Below, piece by piece: positions 1-9,463 of a stretch of DNA of 64,000 nucleotides (within the stretch, counting starts at the first letter, position 1; every line of letters starts with the position of its first letter). This stretch comes from an uncultured Prevotella sp. GTDB lineage: Bacteria; Bacteroidota; Bacteroidia; Bacteroidales; Bacteroidaceae. The position numbers and the translations under genes were made by a program. The stretch is from the NCBI GenBank assembly GCA_944320195.1, contig CALUGP010000059.1, positions 2,080 through 66,079 of the forward strand, given 5' to 3'. Under the pieces are notes generated by a model. That model was not told where the DNA came from, did not search any database, and saw only the letters and a program-made list of their open reading frames with translations.

Positions 1-1
1 T

Positions 2-505
2 TACCTCTGTGCGGCGCGTCTGCAGATGGAGCAGGACATGCCCCACTACAGCGACGCCAACATGACGATGCGCCTGAGCTACGGCCGCGTTGGCGGATTC
101 ACGCTCAACGGCTCGCCCTCGGGCTATTACACGACGGCCGAGAGCATCGTCGAGAAGATGGGCTACGGCGACCGCATGCCCGACTATTTCGCCGAGCCGA
201 TAATGCACGAGCTGCTCTCAGCCAAGGACTTCGGCCAGTATCAGGACAAGGCCACGGGCAAGATGCAGCTCTGCTTCCTCACCAACAACGACATCACGGG
301 CGGCAACAGCGGCTCGCCGATGTTCAACGGCAAGGGCGAGCTCATAGGCCTGGCCTTCGACGGCAACTGGGACAGCCTCTCGAGCGACATCTACTTCGAG
401 AAGAACTTGGCCCGCTGCATCGGCGTCGACATACGCTACGTGCTCTACATGATGGACAAGTGGGGCCATGCCGACCGCTTGCTGAAGGAGATAAACGCAA
501 AATGA
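2..505 (+). CDS. S46 family dipeptidyl-peptidase (DPP7/DPP11-like), C-terminal fragment; 5' end outside window
   Basis: Frame open from base 2; catalytic-Ser motif NDITGGNSGSPMFN and GLAFDGNWD block typical of peptidase S46; stop 503-505. Confidence 0.85.
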   Translation, partial: YLCAARLQMEQDMPHYSDANMTMRLSYGRVGGFTLNGSPSGYYTTAESIVEKMGYGDRMPDYFAEPIMHELLSAKDFGQYQDKATGKMQLCFLTNNDITGGNSGSPMFNGKGELIGLAFDGNWDSLSSDIYFEKNLARCIGVDIRYVLYMMDKWGHADRLLKEINAK

Positions 506-550
506 GCCATTTCATCGGCATCAGGCGCGTAACGCTCTGATGCCCAACGA

Positions 551-632
551 CTTTGTAAAAGGCCGCATTTCACCCGATGAAATGCGGCCTTTTGGCGTGT
601 AAAAGACGGTCTTTCGGAAGGCGAAAGGCCGC
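551..632. repeat. family A (REP/BIME-like AAAGGCCG hairpin array), locus A1
   Basis: AAAAGGCCGCATTTCA-cccga-TGAAATGCGGCCTTTT hairpin plus AAAGACGGTCTTT/GAAAGGCCGC units; downstream of the S46 peptidase gene, abutting element E1. Confidence 0.8.
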
Positions 633-1189
633 AAATTGGGATCATCCGCAGTTTAAGTGTATTGGCATTCGTGTCAATAGGGCCTCGAAGGGGGCGAACT
701 ATGCTTGACCGCATGTGTTGCGAAGCGGAACTTGCGGTAGGTATGCCGCCAATAATATACGTGAGTTCGGCACAAGGAATCATCTTTCAAATTATATAAT
801 TTCTTGCCGCCTTGCTTTTCTGCAGCTCGGTGGCAAGTCGTCATTCCGCTGAAAAGCGGAATCCAGAAAGCGGCATAGTGGTTAGCCGCCTTTGTCTTTT
901 CGACTGGATTCCGCTTTTCAGCGGAATGACGACTTGCCACCGACTTGCAAGAAACGGATAAGTGTGACATTACTGTTATGCCGGACTCACGTAATGATAT
1001 CGTCCTCGAAGAGGGCGAATGTCACCCTGCAGTTCGCCCCCTTCGGGGACGGGCTTGTCAGTTTTGACTTGCCGCAAGTTCCGTTCCCTTCGGTCACTCC
1101 ACATGCGGTTAAGCATAGTTCGCCCCCTTCGGGGACTGGATTGACACCTATACGTTATACACCTGAACTGCGGATGAACCGCAAATTGC
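631..1189. mobile_element. family E MITE-like giant hairpin, long variant (E1, about 560 bp), no coding capacity
   Basis: Termini GCAAATTGGGATCATCCGCAG... / ...CTGCGGATGAACCGCAAATTGC. Arms share blocks such as GAAGGGGGCGAACTATGCTTGACCGCATGTG / CACATGCGGTTAAGCATAGTTCGCCCCCTTC. Central inverted pair GGTGGCAAGTCGTCATTCCGCTGAAAAGCGGAATCCAG (about 828-866) / CTGGATTCCGCTTTTCAGCGGAATGACGACTTGCCACC (about 903-940). Confidence 0.65.
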
Positions 1190-1262
1190 AAGGCGGAATG
1201 CCGTCTTCAGCTTTTTAAGAAAACTTTGCACGCCTGGCGGCCGGATTCTCGCGCAAACGGGT

Positions 1263-1270
1263 TATATTTG
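1263..1270 (+). promoter_or_regulatory. Bacteroidetes -7 box (TAnnTTTG)
   Basis: TATATTTG 15 nt upstream of ATG 1285. Confidence 0.45.
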
Positions 1271-1284
1271 CAGAAACAACTTTT

Positions 1285-1713
1285 ATGGTTATGAGAAAGG
1301 TTCTGTTTGCATTGCTGCTGGCCTGCGGAGCGTTGCCGGCCGCGGCGCAGGAGGCGAGGCCGTTCGACGCGACAATCCACGACGACGAGCACAAGATTTA
1401 CATCAAGATGGACTTGTATGACAAGGACATATCCGTGCCCGGGCAGGACGTGCTGGGCAAGGTGGACGGATACATCGGCTCGAAGCAGAGCCGCACCACG
1501 TGGATGATCATCTCCTCGACCCTCATTGACGAGCGCACGGCCGAGCTGGAGGTGGTCAACGACTATGGCAGCGAGGACTTCACGGCAGAGCTGAAGGCCA
1601 ATCACGACGGCACGTACACTTACCGCAAGAAGGACGGCAGCACGCTGAAGTTCGCCGTCAAGGGAAAGTGGCAGAAGATACCGTCAAGGGTGGAGTTCAG
1701 AAAAGAAAAATAA
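1285..1713 (+). CDS. hypothetical secreted protein
   Basis: Signal peptide MRKVLFALLLACGALPAAAQ; TATATTTG box 15 nt upstream; no family recognised; stop abuts a family-D repeat. Confidence 0.6.
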   Translation: MVMRKVLFALLLACGALPAAAQEARPFDATIHDDEHKIYIKMDLYDKDISVPGQDVLGKVDGYIGSKQSRTTWMIISSTLIDERTAELEVVNDYGSEDFTAELKANHDGTYTYRKKDGSTLKFAVKGKWQKIPSRVEFRKEK

Positions 1714-1752
1714 ACACCCACCCCGGCCCTCCCCAAGGGAGGGAGCTTGGCT
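1714..1752 (-). repeat. family D module (hairpin plus G-run motif), G-rich strand is minus
   Basis: ACACCCACCCCGGCCCTCCCCAAGGGAGGGAGCTTGG. Confidence 0.8.
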
Positions 1753-1861
1753 ACCCGCCGGGTGTTTCGACCCGGCATGACAAGGGCAGCGGAAGCAACT
1801 TCCGGCCAATCAGTCGTCAGGCATTACGGCTTCCTCCATTGGGGAGGGTCGGGGCGGGTCT

Positions 1862-2377
1862 TTATCTCTCCAGCCACCTCTGCAGCCCGTGCCTTATCGA
1901 GCGCAGGCCGAACAGCTCGGTGTGTATGTCCTCCGGGGCAATCCACATGCACTCGGCTGCGTCGTCGCCGGCGGCAAGGCCGGTCGTGTCTTCCACCTCG
2001 CAGGCGAAGAACATGTCGAGCGTCTGTATGTCAAGGTCGGAGTAGCGGTAGACGTTCGTCTGGCTGAACAGGTAGCGCGCGGCCTTGACGGCCAGTCCGG
2101 TCTCCTCCATCACCTCGCGCGCCACGGCCTCCTCGGCCGTCTCGCCAACGTCGGCGAAGCCCCCGGGCAGGTCCAGCGTGCCCTTGGCCGGCTCCATCTT
2201 GCGCCGCTCCACGAGCAGCTCGCCCTTGGCGTTGGTAATCAGCGCCACCACGGCTGCCGCCGGGTTCATGAAGTATTCGAAGCCGCAGTTGCGGCATTTC
2301 TTGCTCTTCGGCGAGTCCTGTTCAAAGTGGGAGCTTCCGCACACGGGGCAATATCCGAACTTTCCAATCAGATCCAT
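1862..2377 (-). CDS. NUDIX hydrolase with N-terminal zinc ribbon (NudC-like architecture)
   Basis: CPVCGS...CRNCG zinc ribbon followed by Nudix box GGFADVGETAEEAVAREVMEETGL. Confidence 0.85.
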   Translation of the reverse strand: MDLIGKFGYCPVCGSSHFEQDSPKSKKCRNCGFEYFMNPAAAVVALITNAKGELLVERRKMEPAKGTLDLPGGFADVGETAEEAVAREVMEETGLAVKAARYLFSQTNVYRYSDLDIQTLDMFFACEVEDTTGLAAGDDAAECMWIAPEDIHTELFGLRSIRHGLQRWLER

Positions 2378-2378
2378 G

Positions 2379-2504
2379 AGAATTAAGAATTAAAAATTAA
2401 GAGTTTATTGAATTAAGAATTAAGAGTCAAGAGTTAAGAAAAATACCTTTGAATGCTGTCTGCAAGGCATGTTTTCTTAATTCTTAACTCTTAATTCTTA
2501 ACTT
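2379..2504. repeat. family B word-palindrome, locus B1 (TTAAGAG/TTAAGAA words)
   Basis: Left arm GAATTAAGAATTAAGAGTCAAGAGTTAAGAAAA, loop ..TACCTTTGAATGCTGTCTGCAAGGCATG.., right arm TTTTCTTAATTCTTAACTCTTAATTCTTAAC. Contains the TAA of the 2503 CDS. Confidence 0.85.
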
Positions 2505-3939
2505 ATTCGTCCCACTTGTCCGTGCGGAACGGTATGAGCGGCAGGCCCGCCATGTTGGCGAAGTTGCCAGGGCTGAAGTTCTTGAAGCGGTATCTCACGG
2601 CCACGGGAGCCTTCACCTCGGGGCACGTCAGAGTCACTCCCTTGGCTCCGTCGTATGTGGCCGCGGCCTTGTGGAACACCTTGTCGGCCCCCGCCACTTC
2701 GAATCCTTCTATTCCCTCCATGCGGTTCATGCCGCCGTAGGTGTTGTCCAGCTTCACGTAACACGTGTCATTGCTTATCGTCAGCGACTTGAACGACGGG
2801 CTTTCACACCATATCGACTTCATCCCATACGTCTTGTTGAGCGCCTGCCAGGCCAGTCTCTCGCCCACGGGGCGCTTCTGCGCCGGGTGAATCTGGTTCA
2901 GTTCCCAGGGATATACGCAGTCGTTTGTGCTCACGAAGCCGCTGTTGGGTATTATCCTCGACGCCCTCAGCTGCTGCTCGCGGAGCTTCGCCGACCATGT
3001 GCCGTCGGCGTTTCCGCTCTTGTAAGGCGCTATCTCGACTATGTAGAAGGGAATGTCGCCCAGTCCGAATGCCTGTCTCCACTGCTTGGCCAGCAGCGCA
3101 ACGCGGTCAGAATACTGGTTGCCCGGGTCGCCCACGTTCGAGCATCCCTGGTAGTAGAGGATGCCTTTCACGGTGCAGCGCAGTATCGGGTTGAACGTGC
3201 CGTTGGCCCACAGCATCGGCCTGTGGAAGTCCCACTTGAACTTCTTTACCATCTCAGCCGAGTCAAGCGGCTCGCTCGTGTACTTCTCAAGGTTCTCCCT
3301 CGTCAGCCAGCTCTCCACCCTTGAGCCGCCCTTGTTGGCCATTATCAGGCCTACGGGCACTCCGGTGGCGCGCGTTATGGTCTTTGCGAAGAAGTATCCG
3401 GCGGCGCTCGCGTCACCCACCGTTGCCGGGCAGCACTGTTTCCACTCGCAATCGGCGTCGTCGAGCGGCGTCATGCTCATCACGCCCGGTATCTTCACGA
3501 AGTGTATCAGCGAGTCGGCCCTGGCCCCGGCCACCACGTCGTTGTATCCGTCAACGGGGCAGTTGTCAAAGCCCTTTATGGGCATCTCCATGTTGCTCTG
3601 CCCGGCGCATACCCACACTTCGCCGGCAAGCACGTTCCTTACGGTCACCGCCCCGTCCCCGTCGCCGAAGCTCATGGAGAGCCTGCGGCCGTCGGCCTTG
3701 GGCGATTTCACGGTGAGTTGCCACTTCCCTTGGGCATCGGCCTTGGCCTTGTAGCCGTCGTCGCTCCACGAAACGGCCACGTTGACCGTAGCGCCGGGCG
3801 CAGCCGTGCCCCACAGGCGCACGTCGGAGGCTTGTTGTATTACCATGTTGTCGCCTATTATGTGCGGCAGCCTGACCTTGGCCTGCGCGCCTGCCAGCGA
3901 GGCGGCGAGTGCCGAAAGCATTAAAATTCGTTTATACAT
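2503..3939 (-). CDS. sialate O-acetylesterase family protein (SGNH/DUF303 type)
   Basis: Signal peptide; GEVWVCAGQSNMEMP catalytic block and overall layout of 9-O-acetylesterases. Confidence 0.85.
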   Translation of the reverse strand: MYKRILMLSALAASLAGAQAKVRLPHIIGDNMVIQQASDVRLWGTAAPGATVNVAVSWSDDGYKAKADAQGKWQLTVKSPKADGRRLSMSFGDGDGAVTVRNVLAGEVWVCAGQSNMEMPIKGFDNCPVDGYNDVVAGARADSLIHFVKIPGVMSMTPLDDADCEWKQCCPATVGDASAAGYFFAKTITRATGVPVGLIMANKGGSRVESWLTRENLEKYTSEPLDSAEMVKKFKWDFHRPMLWANGTFNPILRCTVKGILYYQGCSNVGDPGNQYSDRVALLAKQWRQAFGLGDIPFYIVEIAPYKSGNADGTWSAKLREQQLRASRIIPNSGFVSTNDCVYPWELNQIHPAQKRPVGERLAWQALNKTYGMKSIWCESPSFKSLTISNDTCYVKLDNTYGGMNRMEGIEGFEVAGADKVFHKAAATYDGAKGVTLTCPEVKAPVAVRYRFKNFSPGNFANMAGLPLIPFRTDKWDE

Positions 3940-4003
3940 AAAGTCTTAGATTTATAGATTGTTATAATAATCAAATGTCCTGCAATATTACGGAAAAATT
4001 GTC

Positions 4004-4011
4004 TATATTTG
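4004..4011 (+). promoter_or_regulatory. Bacteroidetes -7 box (TAnnTTTG)
   Basis: TATATTTG upstream of the esterase gene (ATG 4093). Confidence 0.45.
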
Positions 4012-4092
4012 CAAAATAAACATTTAATAAATCACAATAAGACAGGCTTTTGCCCGCTATTGAGACAAAACCGTGCAATTACTGAAACAAAA

Positions 4093-4917
4093 ATGAAAGC
4101 GAGAAAGACCATTTTGGCGGCCGTGCTTGCAGCCTTGTGCATGCCCGTGTGCGCCCAGCAGAAGTTTGAGATGAACCTGTGGCCGCAGGGAGCTCCCAAC
4201 TCCAATGGCGACGCGGCCGACTCGGCTAAGGTGTGGGTGTACCTGCCCAAGAAGGAGGCGGCCACGGGGCGCGCCGTCGTCATATGCCCCGGAGGAGGCT
4301 ATTCGCACCTGGCCATGAGCCATGAGGGGCACGACTGGGCGCCGTTCTTCAACAACATGGGCATAGCCGCCGTGGTGTTGAAGTACCGCATGCCGCACGG
4401 CAACCGCGAAGTGCCCGTCAGCGACGCGGAGGAAGCCCTGAGGCTGGTGCGCCGCAACGCGCAGTCGTGGGGCGTTGACGCTCAGGACGTAGGCATAATG
4501 GGGTCCTCGGCGGGCGGCCACTTGGCGTCGACCATAGCCACGCAGGCCACCGGCGACGCCGCGCCTGACTTCCAGATACTCTTCTATCCGGTGATAACGA
4601 TGATGCCAGACATCACCCACAAGGGCTCGCACGACAACTTCCTGGGCCCCGAGGCTAAGAAGAAAGACGAGCACAAGTACAGCAACGACCTGCAGGTGAG
4701 CCGCGTCACGCCGCGCGCCTACATCGCACTGAGCGACGACGACCACGTCGTCCTGCCGGCCAACGGCGTGAACTACTACATCGAGCTGTACCGCCACGAC
4801 GTGCCGGCCACGCTCCACGTCTACCCGTCGGGCGGCCACGGCTGGGGCAACCGCGACTCCTTCATGTTCCACAACGAGATGCAGCTCGACCTGAAGGCAT
4901 GGCTCCGCAGCTTCTGA
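4093..4917 (+). CDS. alpha/beta hydrolase, acetyl/feruloyl esterase-like (Aes/BD-FAE type)
   Basis: Signal peptide MKARKTILAAVLAALCMPVCAQQ at ATG 4093; oxyanion CPGGGY and nucleophile elbow GSSAGGHLA. The longer TTG-4009 version is rejected. Confidence 0.8.
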   Translation: MKARKTILAAVLAALCMPVCAQQKFEMNLWPQGAPNSNGDAADSAKVWVYLPKKEAATGRAVVICPGGGYSHLAMSHEGHDWAPFFNNMGIAAVVLKYRMPHGNREVPVSDAEEALRLVRRNAQSWGVDAQDVGIMGSSAGGHLASTIATQATGDAAPDFQILFYPVITMMPDITHKGSHDNFLGPEAKKKDEHKYSNDLQVSRVTPRAYIALSDDDHVVLPANGVNYYIELYRHDVPATLHVYPSGGHGWGNRDSFMFHNEMQLDLKAWLRSF

Positions 4918-4918
4918 T

Positions 4919-4990
4919 GGTAATTAAGAGTTAAGAATTAAGAATTAAGAAAGCGTGCGCTTCCTGGTTCTTGACTCTTTTTTTTTGCCG
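4919..4990 (+). repeat. family B-derived element, locus B2, terminator-like
   Basis: TAATTAAGAGTTAAGAATTAAGAATTAAGAAAGCG..GGTTCTTGACTCTT followed by T9; immediately after the esterase stop. Confidence 0.7.
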
Positions 4991-5083
4991 CATGTTTTTG
5001 TTAAAATACTGATATTCAGACGGAAAGTTGTCGTTTTTTCGCTATTTCTTTCCGTTTTTCATGCCATGTAACGGGATTTTCGT

Positions 5084-5091
5084 TATATTTG
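5084..5091 (+). promoter_or_regulatory. Bacteroidetes -7 box (TAnnTTTG)
   Basis: TATATTTG 18 nt upstream of ATG 5109. Confidence 0.45.
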
Positions 5092-5108
5092 CCATCGTGT
5101 ACCAAAAA

Positions 5109-6068
5109 ATGTTGACCATGAAGCACTTTCGTCTTGTCTCAGCGTTGTTTTTGTTTCTTTCGGCAATGTCTTTCACTTCGTGCGACGAGGACGGAGACCT
5201 CATCGTGCCGCCGGTGCGCCATGTGTCAGGGGCTGAGTTCGCGCGCCTTGTCGACGGCAAGTCGTGGAAATACGTGGAAAGCCACGAGCTGAACGGCGAC
5301 GGCACGATGCGGAAGGACGGCTATTTCGAGGACCTTATAGGCATAGGCCCCGAGCAATACAGCTTCAGCGGAGATTCCGTCACCACTTACATGTATCTCG
5401 ACGCGTACCCCTTGAAATGTCACAAGGTTGAGAAATACACTTTCCAGGAAGGCACAAACGTCATAAAGGCAGGCCAGGACGACGTGTTCACCGTGGTAAG
5501 CGTAAGCGAGGACCGGCTCTGCATACTGGCCGACAAAGGCTCTGCCGCCGACGGGAAAAGGATGTATGTCTATTCCGTATACCGCGCCATGGCCGCCGGC
5601 GAGCGTCCGTCGCTCAAGGAGTTGTATCCCGTCAATCTCAACACCATCGACGAAGACTATCCATTGTTGCCCGAACAGGAGGACTTGACCGAGGCCGACT
5701 TCACCGCGCTTGCAGTGGGGCGGACGTGGCGGTGCGCCGAGGCGCACGGGCTGTTCGTGACGGGCCGCTATGACAAGGCTGACTTCTTCGCCACTGACAC
5801 GTGGATGAATCCGATAGACTACGAGATAACCGCCGACTCGGTTTACGAAGTGACGCGTCTTGGCGGACGGCCAGAGCCTGTGCGCACGGGCTACGCCTAC
5901 ACGTTCAACGCCAACGGGCGGTACGTCGAGACGCAGGGCGGCACCACGTTCAGCATACTCCGCCTGGCCGGGGACGAGATGCATCTTATACAGCAGAGAT
6001 ACAATACGGCTGGCGGAAGCTCCGCCAGGCTGTACTGCGTTTACCGCCAGGCAGGCTTGGACGAATAA
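5109..6068 (+). CDS. hypothetical lipoprotein
   Basis: Lipobox LSAMSFTSC after MLTMKHFRLVSALFLF; TATATTTG box at 5084-5091; no family recognised. Confidence 0.6.
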   Translation: MLTMKHFRLVSALFLFLSAMSFTSCDEDGDLIVPPVRHVSGAEFARLVDGKSWKYVESHELNGDGTMRKDGYFEDLIGIGPEQYSFSGDSVTTYMYLDAYPLKCHKVEKYTFQEGTNVIKAGQDDVFTVVSVSEDRLCILADKGSAADGKRMYVYSVYRAMAAGERPSLKELYPVNLNTIDEDYPLLPEQEDLTEADFTALAVGRTWRCAEAHGLFVTGRYDKADFFATDTWMNPIDYEITADSVYEVTRLGGRPEPVRTGYAYTFNANGRYVETQGGTTFSILRLAGDEMHLIQQRYNTAGGSSARLYCVYRQAGLDE

Positions 6069-6168
6069 GCCCGATGAGCCTGATAGGCCAAATAAGTCCT
6101 ATGCGCAGATGGCGTAATTGGCAAGGCATACCAAGCTCCATCCCTTCGGGAGGGCTGGGGTGGGTGTC
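6065..6168 (+). repeat. family C (9-bp-period words) plus family D module
   Basis: ATAAGCCCGATGAGCCTGATAGGCCAAATAAGTCC ... CCAAGCTCCATCCCTTCGGGAGGGCTGGGGTGGGTGTC. Confidence 0.8.
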
Positions 6169-6169
6169 T

Positions 6170-6280
6170 CATTTGCCGTCTTTTAGCTCGCCAAAGGCCG
6201 TCTTTTACAGCCCGAAAGGCCGTCTTTTGCAATGCGAAAGACGGCCTTTCGCAAACCCCCTGACAGTGAGCCGTTTAGCA
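6170..6280. repeat. family A array, locus A2 (with flanking GACAGTGAGCCGTTTAGC module)
   Basis: Three AAAGGCCGTCTTT units and one GAAAGACGGCCTTT unit. Confidence 0.8.
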
Positions 6281-6351
6281 GAGGCTCTTAATATTCCTTA
6301 AAAAACGTAAGTTTCGCGACATTATATAAGGTGTATGGCGAAAGTTTTGCT

Positions 6352-6359
6352 TACTTTTG
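6352..6359 (+). promoter_or_regulatory. Bacteroidetes -7 box (TAnnTTTG) for topA
   Basis: TACTTTTG 30 nt upstream of ATG 6389. Confidence 0.45.
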
Positions 6360-6388
6360 CGCCCTGATTAGAAATCCAACAAGACGCT

Positions 6389-8698
6389 ATGCAGAAGAAT
6401 TTGGTAATCGTCGAAAGCCCCGCCAAGGCCAAGACAATAGAAAAGTTTTTAGGCAAGGACTACAAGGTGATGTCCAGCTACGGCCACATACGCGACCTGA
6501 AAAAGAAGGAACTGAGCATCGACACGTCGACATTCCAGCCCGACTACGAGATACCCGAAGAGAAGAGAAAGCTCGTGGCAGAGCTGAGAAGCAGCGCGAA
6601 GAACTCTGAGAAAGTGTGGCTCGCGTCCGATGAAGACCGCGAGGGAGAGGCCATATCATGGCACCTGTGCGAGGTGCTCGGCCTCGACGAGGAGAAGACC
6701 AACCGCATAGTGTTCCACGAGATAACCAAGCCGGCCATACTCGAGGCCATCGAGCATCCGCGCCGTCTTGACATGAACCTGGTCAACGCGCAGCAGGCCC
6801 GCCGCGTGCTCGACCGCCTGGTGGGCTTCAAGCTCTCGCCCGTGCTGTGGCGCAAGGTGAAGCCCGCCCTCTCGGCCGGCCGCGTGCAGAGCGTCGCCGT
6901 AAGGCTCATCGTAGAGCGCGAGCGCGAGATACAGGCCTTCAAGAGCGAGACATACTACCGCGTGAACGCCGTATTCACCGTGCCGGGCGGCGACGGCTCC
7001 ACGGCCGAAGTGAAGGCCGAGCTTGACCGCCGCTTCACCACCCGCGACGAGGTGATGGACTTCCTCGACCGCTGCAAGACGGCCAAGTTCACCGTCTCCA
7101 CCATCGTGAAGAAGCCCATGAGGCGCACCCCCGCGCCGCCGTTCACCACCTCCACCCTGCAGCAGGAGGCCGCCCGCAAGCTCGGCTTCACCGTTTCGCA
7201 GACCATGATGGTGGCCCAGCACCTTTACGAGAACGGACGCATAACCTACATGCGTACCGACTCGGTCAACCTCTCTTCCCTCTGCATCAACTCCAGCAAG
7301 GACGAGATAACCAAGCATTGGGGAGCCGAGTACAGCAAGCCGCGCCAGTTCCACACCCACTCAAAGGGCGCGCAGGAGGCCCACGAGGCCATACGCCCCA
7401 CCTACATGGCCGACACCCAGATAGACGGCACGCAGCAGGAAAAGCGCCTCTATGACCTGATATGGAAGCGCACGGCCGCCAGCCAGATGGCCGACGCGCA
7501 GATAGAGAAGACCACCGTGACCATAAGCATGACCGGAGCCAAGGAGCAGTTCGTGGCAAACGGCGAGGTGGTGAAGTTCGACGGATTCCTCAAGGTCTAC
7601 CGCGAATCGTCCGACGACGACGTCGACGGCCAGGAGGACGCGTCCCATATGCTGCCACTCATGATTGAGGGAGAGCAGCTGCAGCGCGACGAGATCACCG
7701 CCACGCAGCGCTTCACGCAAGGCCCCGTGCGCTATACTGAGGCCAGCCTCGTGCGCAAGCTTGAAGAACTGGGCATCGGCCGACCGTCTACCTACGCCCC
7801 TACGATAAGCACCATACAGCAGCGCGAGTACGTCCAGAAGGGCGACAAGAAGGGCGAGGAGCGCTTCTACAGCGTTGACATACTCGACTCCAACGGCCTC
7901 ACCAACCGCACCAAGAGCGAAATGGCCGGCAGCGAGAAGGGCAAGCTCTTGCCCACCGACATCGGCATCGTGGTCAACGACTTCCTCATGAAATATTTTC
8001 CGGCCATCATGGACTACAACTTCACGGCCAAGGTGGAACAACAGTTTGACACCATAGCCGAGGGAAAAGCCCGGTGGACCGACATGATAGAGCACTTCTA
8101 CGACAAGTTCGAGCCTACCGTTGAAAAGACCATGAACGCCCGCGAGGAGCACAAGGCCGGCGAGCGCGAGCTTGGCAAGGAGCCTAAGACGGGCAAGCCC
8201 GTGTTCGTCAAGATAGGCAGGTTCGGCCCAGTGGTGCAGATCGGAAAGGCCGAGGACAAGGAGAAGCCGCGCTTCGCCCAGCTGCCCGCCGACAAGAGCA
8301 TGGAGACCATCACGCTCGACGAGGCGCTGGAGCTGTTCCGCCTGCCCCGCACCGTGGGCGAATTCGAGGGCACTCCGGTGGTGATCGGCTCGGGACGCTT
8401 CGGCCCTTACGTCATGCACGACCGCAAGTACGTGTCCATACCCAAGGGCGAAGACCCCATGAAACTGACCCTCGACGCCGCCATAGAGCTTATCCTGAAG
8501 AAACGCCAGCAGGAAACGCAACGCCACATAAAGACCTTCGACGACGAGCCAAAGCTTGAGGTGATGAACGGGCGGTATGGCCCTTACCTGTCATACGACG
8601 GCAAGAACTACCGCCTTCCCAAGGCGATGCACGACCGCGCGGCCGAGCTTACCCTTGAAGAGTGCATGGACGTGATAAACAACTCGAAGAAGAAATAG
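6389..8698 (+). CDS. topA: DNA topoisomerase I
   Basis: Toprim start MQKNLVIVESPAKAKTIEKFLG, DEDREGEAISWH, YITYMRTDS active-site Tyr region, C-terminal GRFGPY repeats. Confidence 0.97.
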   Translation: MQKNLVIVESPAKAKTIEKFLGKDYKVMSSYGHIRDLKKKELSIDTSTFQPDYEIPEEKRKLVAELRSSAKNSEKVWLASDEDREGEAISWHLCEVLGLDEEKTNRIVFHEITKPAILEAIEHPRRLDMNLVNAQQARRVLDRLVGFKLSPVLWRKVKPALSAGRVQSVAVRLIVEREREIQAFKSETYYRVNAVFTVPGGDGSTAEVKAELDRRFTTRDEVMDFLDRCKTAKFTVSTIVKKPMRRTPAPPFTTSTLQQEAARKLGFTVSQTMMVAQHLYENGRITYMRTDSVNLSSLCINSSKDEITKHWGAEYSKPRQFHTHSKGAQEAHEAIRPTYMADTQIDGTQQEKRLYDLIWKRTAASQMADAQIEKTTVTISMTGAKEQFVANGEVVKFDGFLKVYRESSDDDVDGQEDASHMLPLMIEGEQLQRDEITATQRFTQGPVRYTEASLVRKLEELGIGRPSTYAPTISTIQQREYVQKGDKKGEERFYSVDILDSNGLTNRTKSEMAGSEKGKLLPTDIGIVVNDFLMKYFPAIMDYNFTAKVEQQFDTIAEGKARWTDMIEHFYDKFEPTVEKTMNAREEHKAGERELGKEPKTGKPVFVKIGRFGPVVQIGKAEDKEKPRFAQLPADKSMETITLDEALELFRLPRTVGEFEGTPVVIGSGRFGPYVMHDRKYVSIPKGEDPMKLTLDAAIELILKKRQQETQRHIKTFDDEPKLEVMNGRYGPYLSYDGKNYRLPKAMHDRAAELTLEECMDVINNSKKK

Positions 8699-8701
8699 CC
8701 C

Positions 8702-9229
8702 GTGAGACGCATAATCATAGTCGGATACATGGGCGCCGGCAAGACCACCGTGGGCAAGGCGCTGGCCAAGGAGACGGGCCTGCAGTTCTATGATCTTGAC
8801 TGGTACATAGAAGGACGCATGCACAAGACTGTGCCGCAGCTCTTCGCCGAGCGTGGCGAGGACGGCTTCCGCCAGGTCGAGAGGACCATGCTCCACGAGG
8901 CGGCGGAGTTCGAGGACGTGATACTAAGCTGCGGAGGAGGCACTCCGTGCTTCTTCGACAACATGGACTACATGAACGCCCAGGGCGACACCGTCTACCT
9001 GAAGGCCTCGCCCGAGGTGCTCTGCGCCCACCTGAGGATGGGCAAGACGCGCCGCCCCCTGCTTGAGGGCAAGACGCCGGAGGAGCTGCTCGGCTTCGTG
9101 ACAGAGCAGCTGGCGCGGCGCGAACAGCACTATCTCGCGGCGCGGCATGTGCTCGACGTAGACCTGCTCGACAACTACGAGAAAATCAAGGTGTCGGTGG
9201 AGAGGCTGCGCTCCATGCTCGGCATATAG
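8702..9229 (+). CDS. aroK: shikimate kinase
   Basis: GTG start; P-loop GYMGAGKTTVGKALA; size and SCGGG motif fit AroK. Confidence 0.9.
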   Translation: MRRIIIVGYMGAGKTTVGKALAKETGLQFYDLDWYIEGRMHKTVPQLFAERGEDGFRQVERTMLHEAAEFEDVILSCGGGTPCFFDNMDYMNAQGDTVYLKASPEVLCAHLRMGKTRRPLLEGKTPEELLGFVTEQLARREQHYLAARHVLDVDLLDNYEKIKVSVERLRSMLGI

Positions 9230-9270
9230 CAGGCCCGCCACGGCTTGTCCGGCCTGCGGCGGCACACCAT

Positions 9271-9363
9271 GTTGCAAAAGGCGGCAAACGGCGTTGCGAA
9301 AGACCGTTTTTCGTCTTGTAAAAGGCCGCCTTTCGCAGGCCAAAATACGGCCTTTTGCAACGC
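9271..9363. repeat. family A array, locus A3
   Basis: GCAAAAGGCGGCAAACGG..GAAAGACCGTTTTT..AAAAGGCCGCCTTTCGCAGGCCAAAATACGGCCTTTTGCAA between aroK and speA. Confidence 0.75.
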
Positions 9364-9463
9364 TGGCGGCACAGCTCGGCCAAGCGCTTGATGTACAGAC
9401 GCTTACGCCGGGGCCATATAAACGAAGGAATAAAACAAGTAAACATAATACAACCACACCTAA

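Noticed and set aside
2379-2504. Whether the word repeats (TTAAGAG..., AATTCATA...) are CRISPR arrays.
   Set aside because: The units are 7-9 nt and directly tandem, with no unique spacers of 25-40 nt. Arms are inverted copies of each other, and there are no cas genes in the window.
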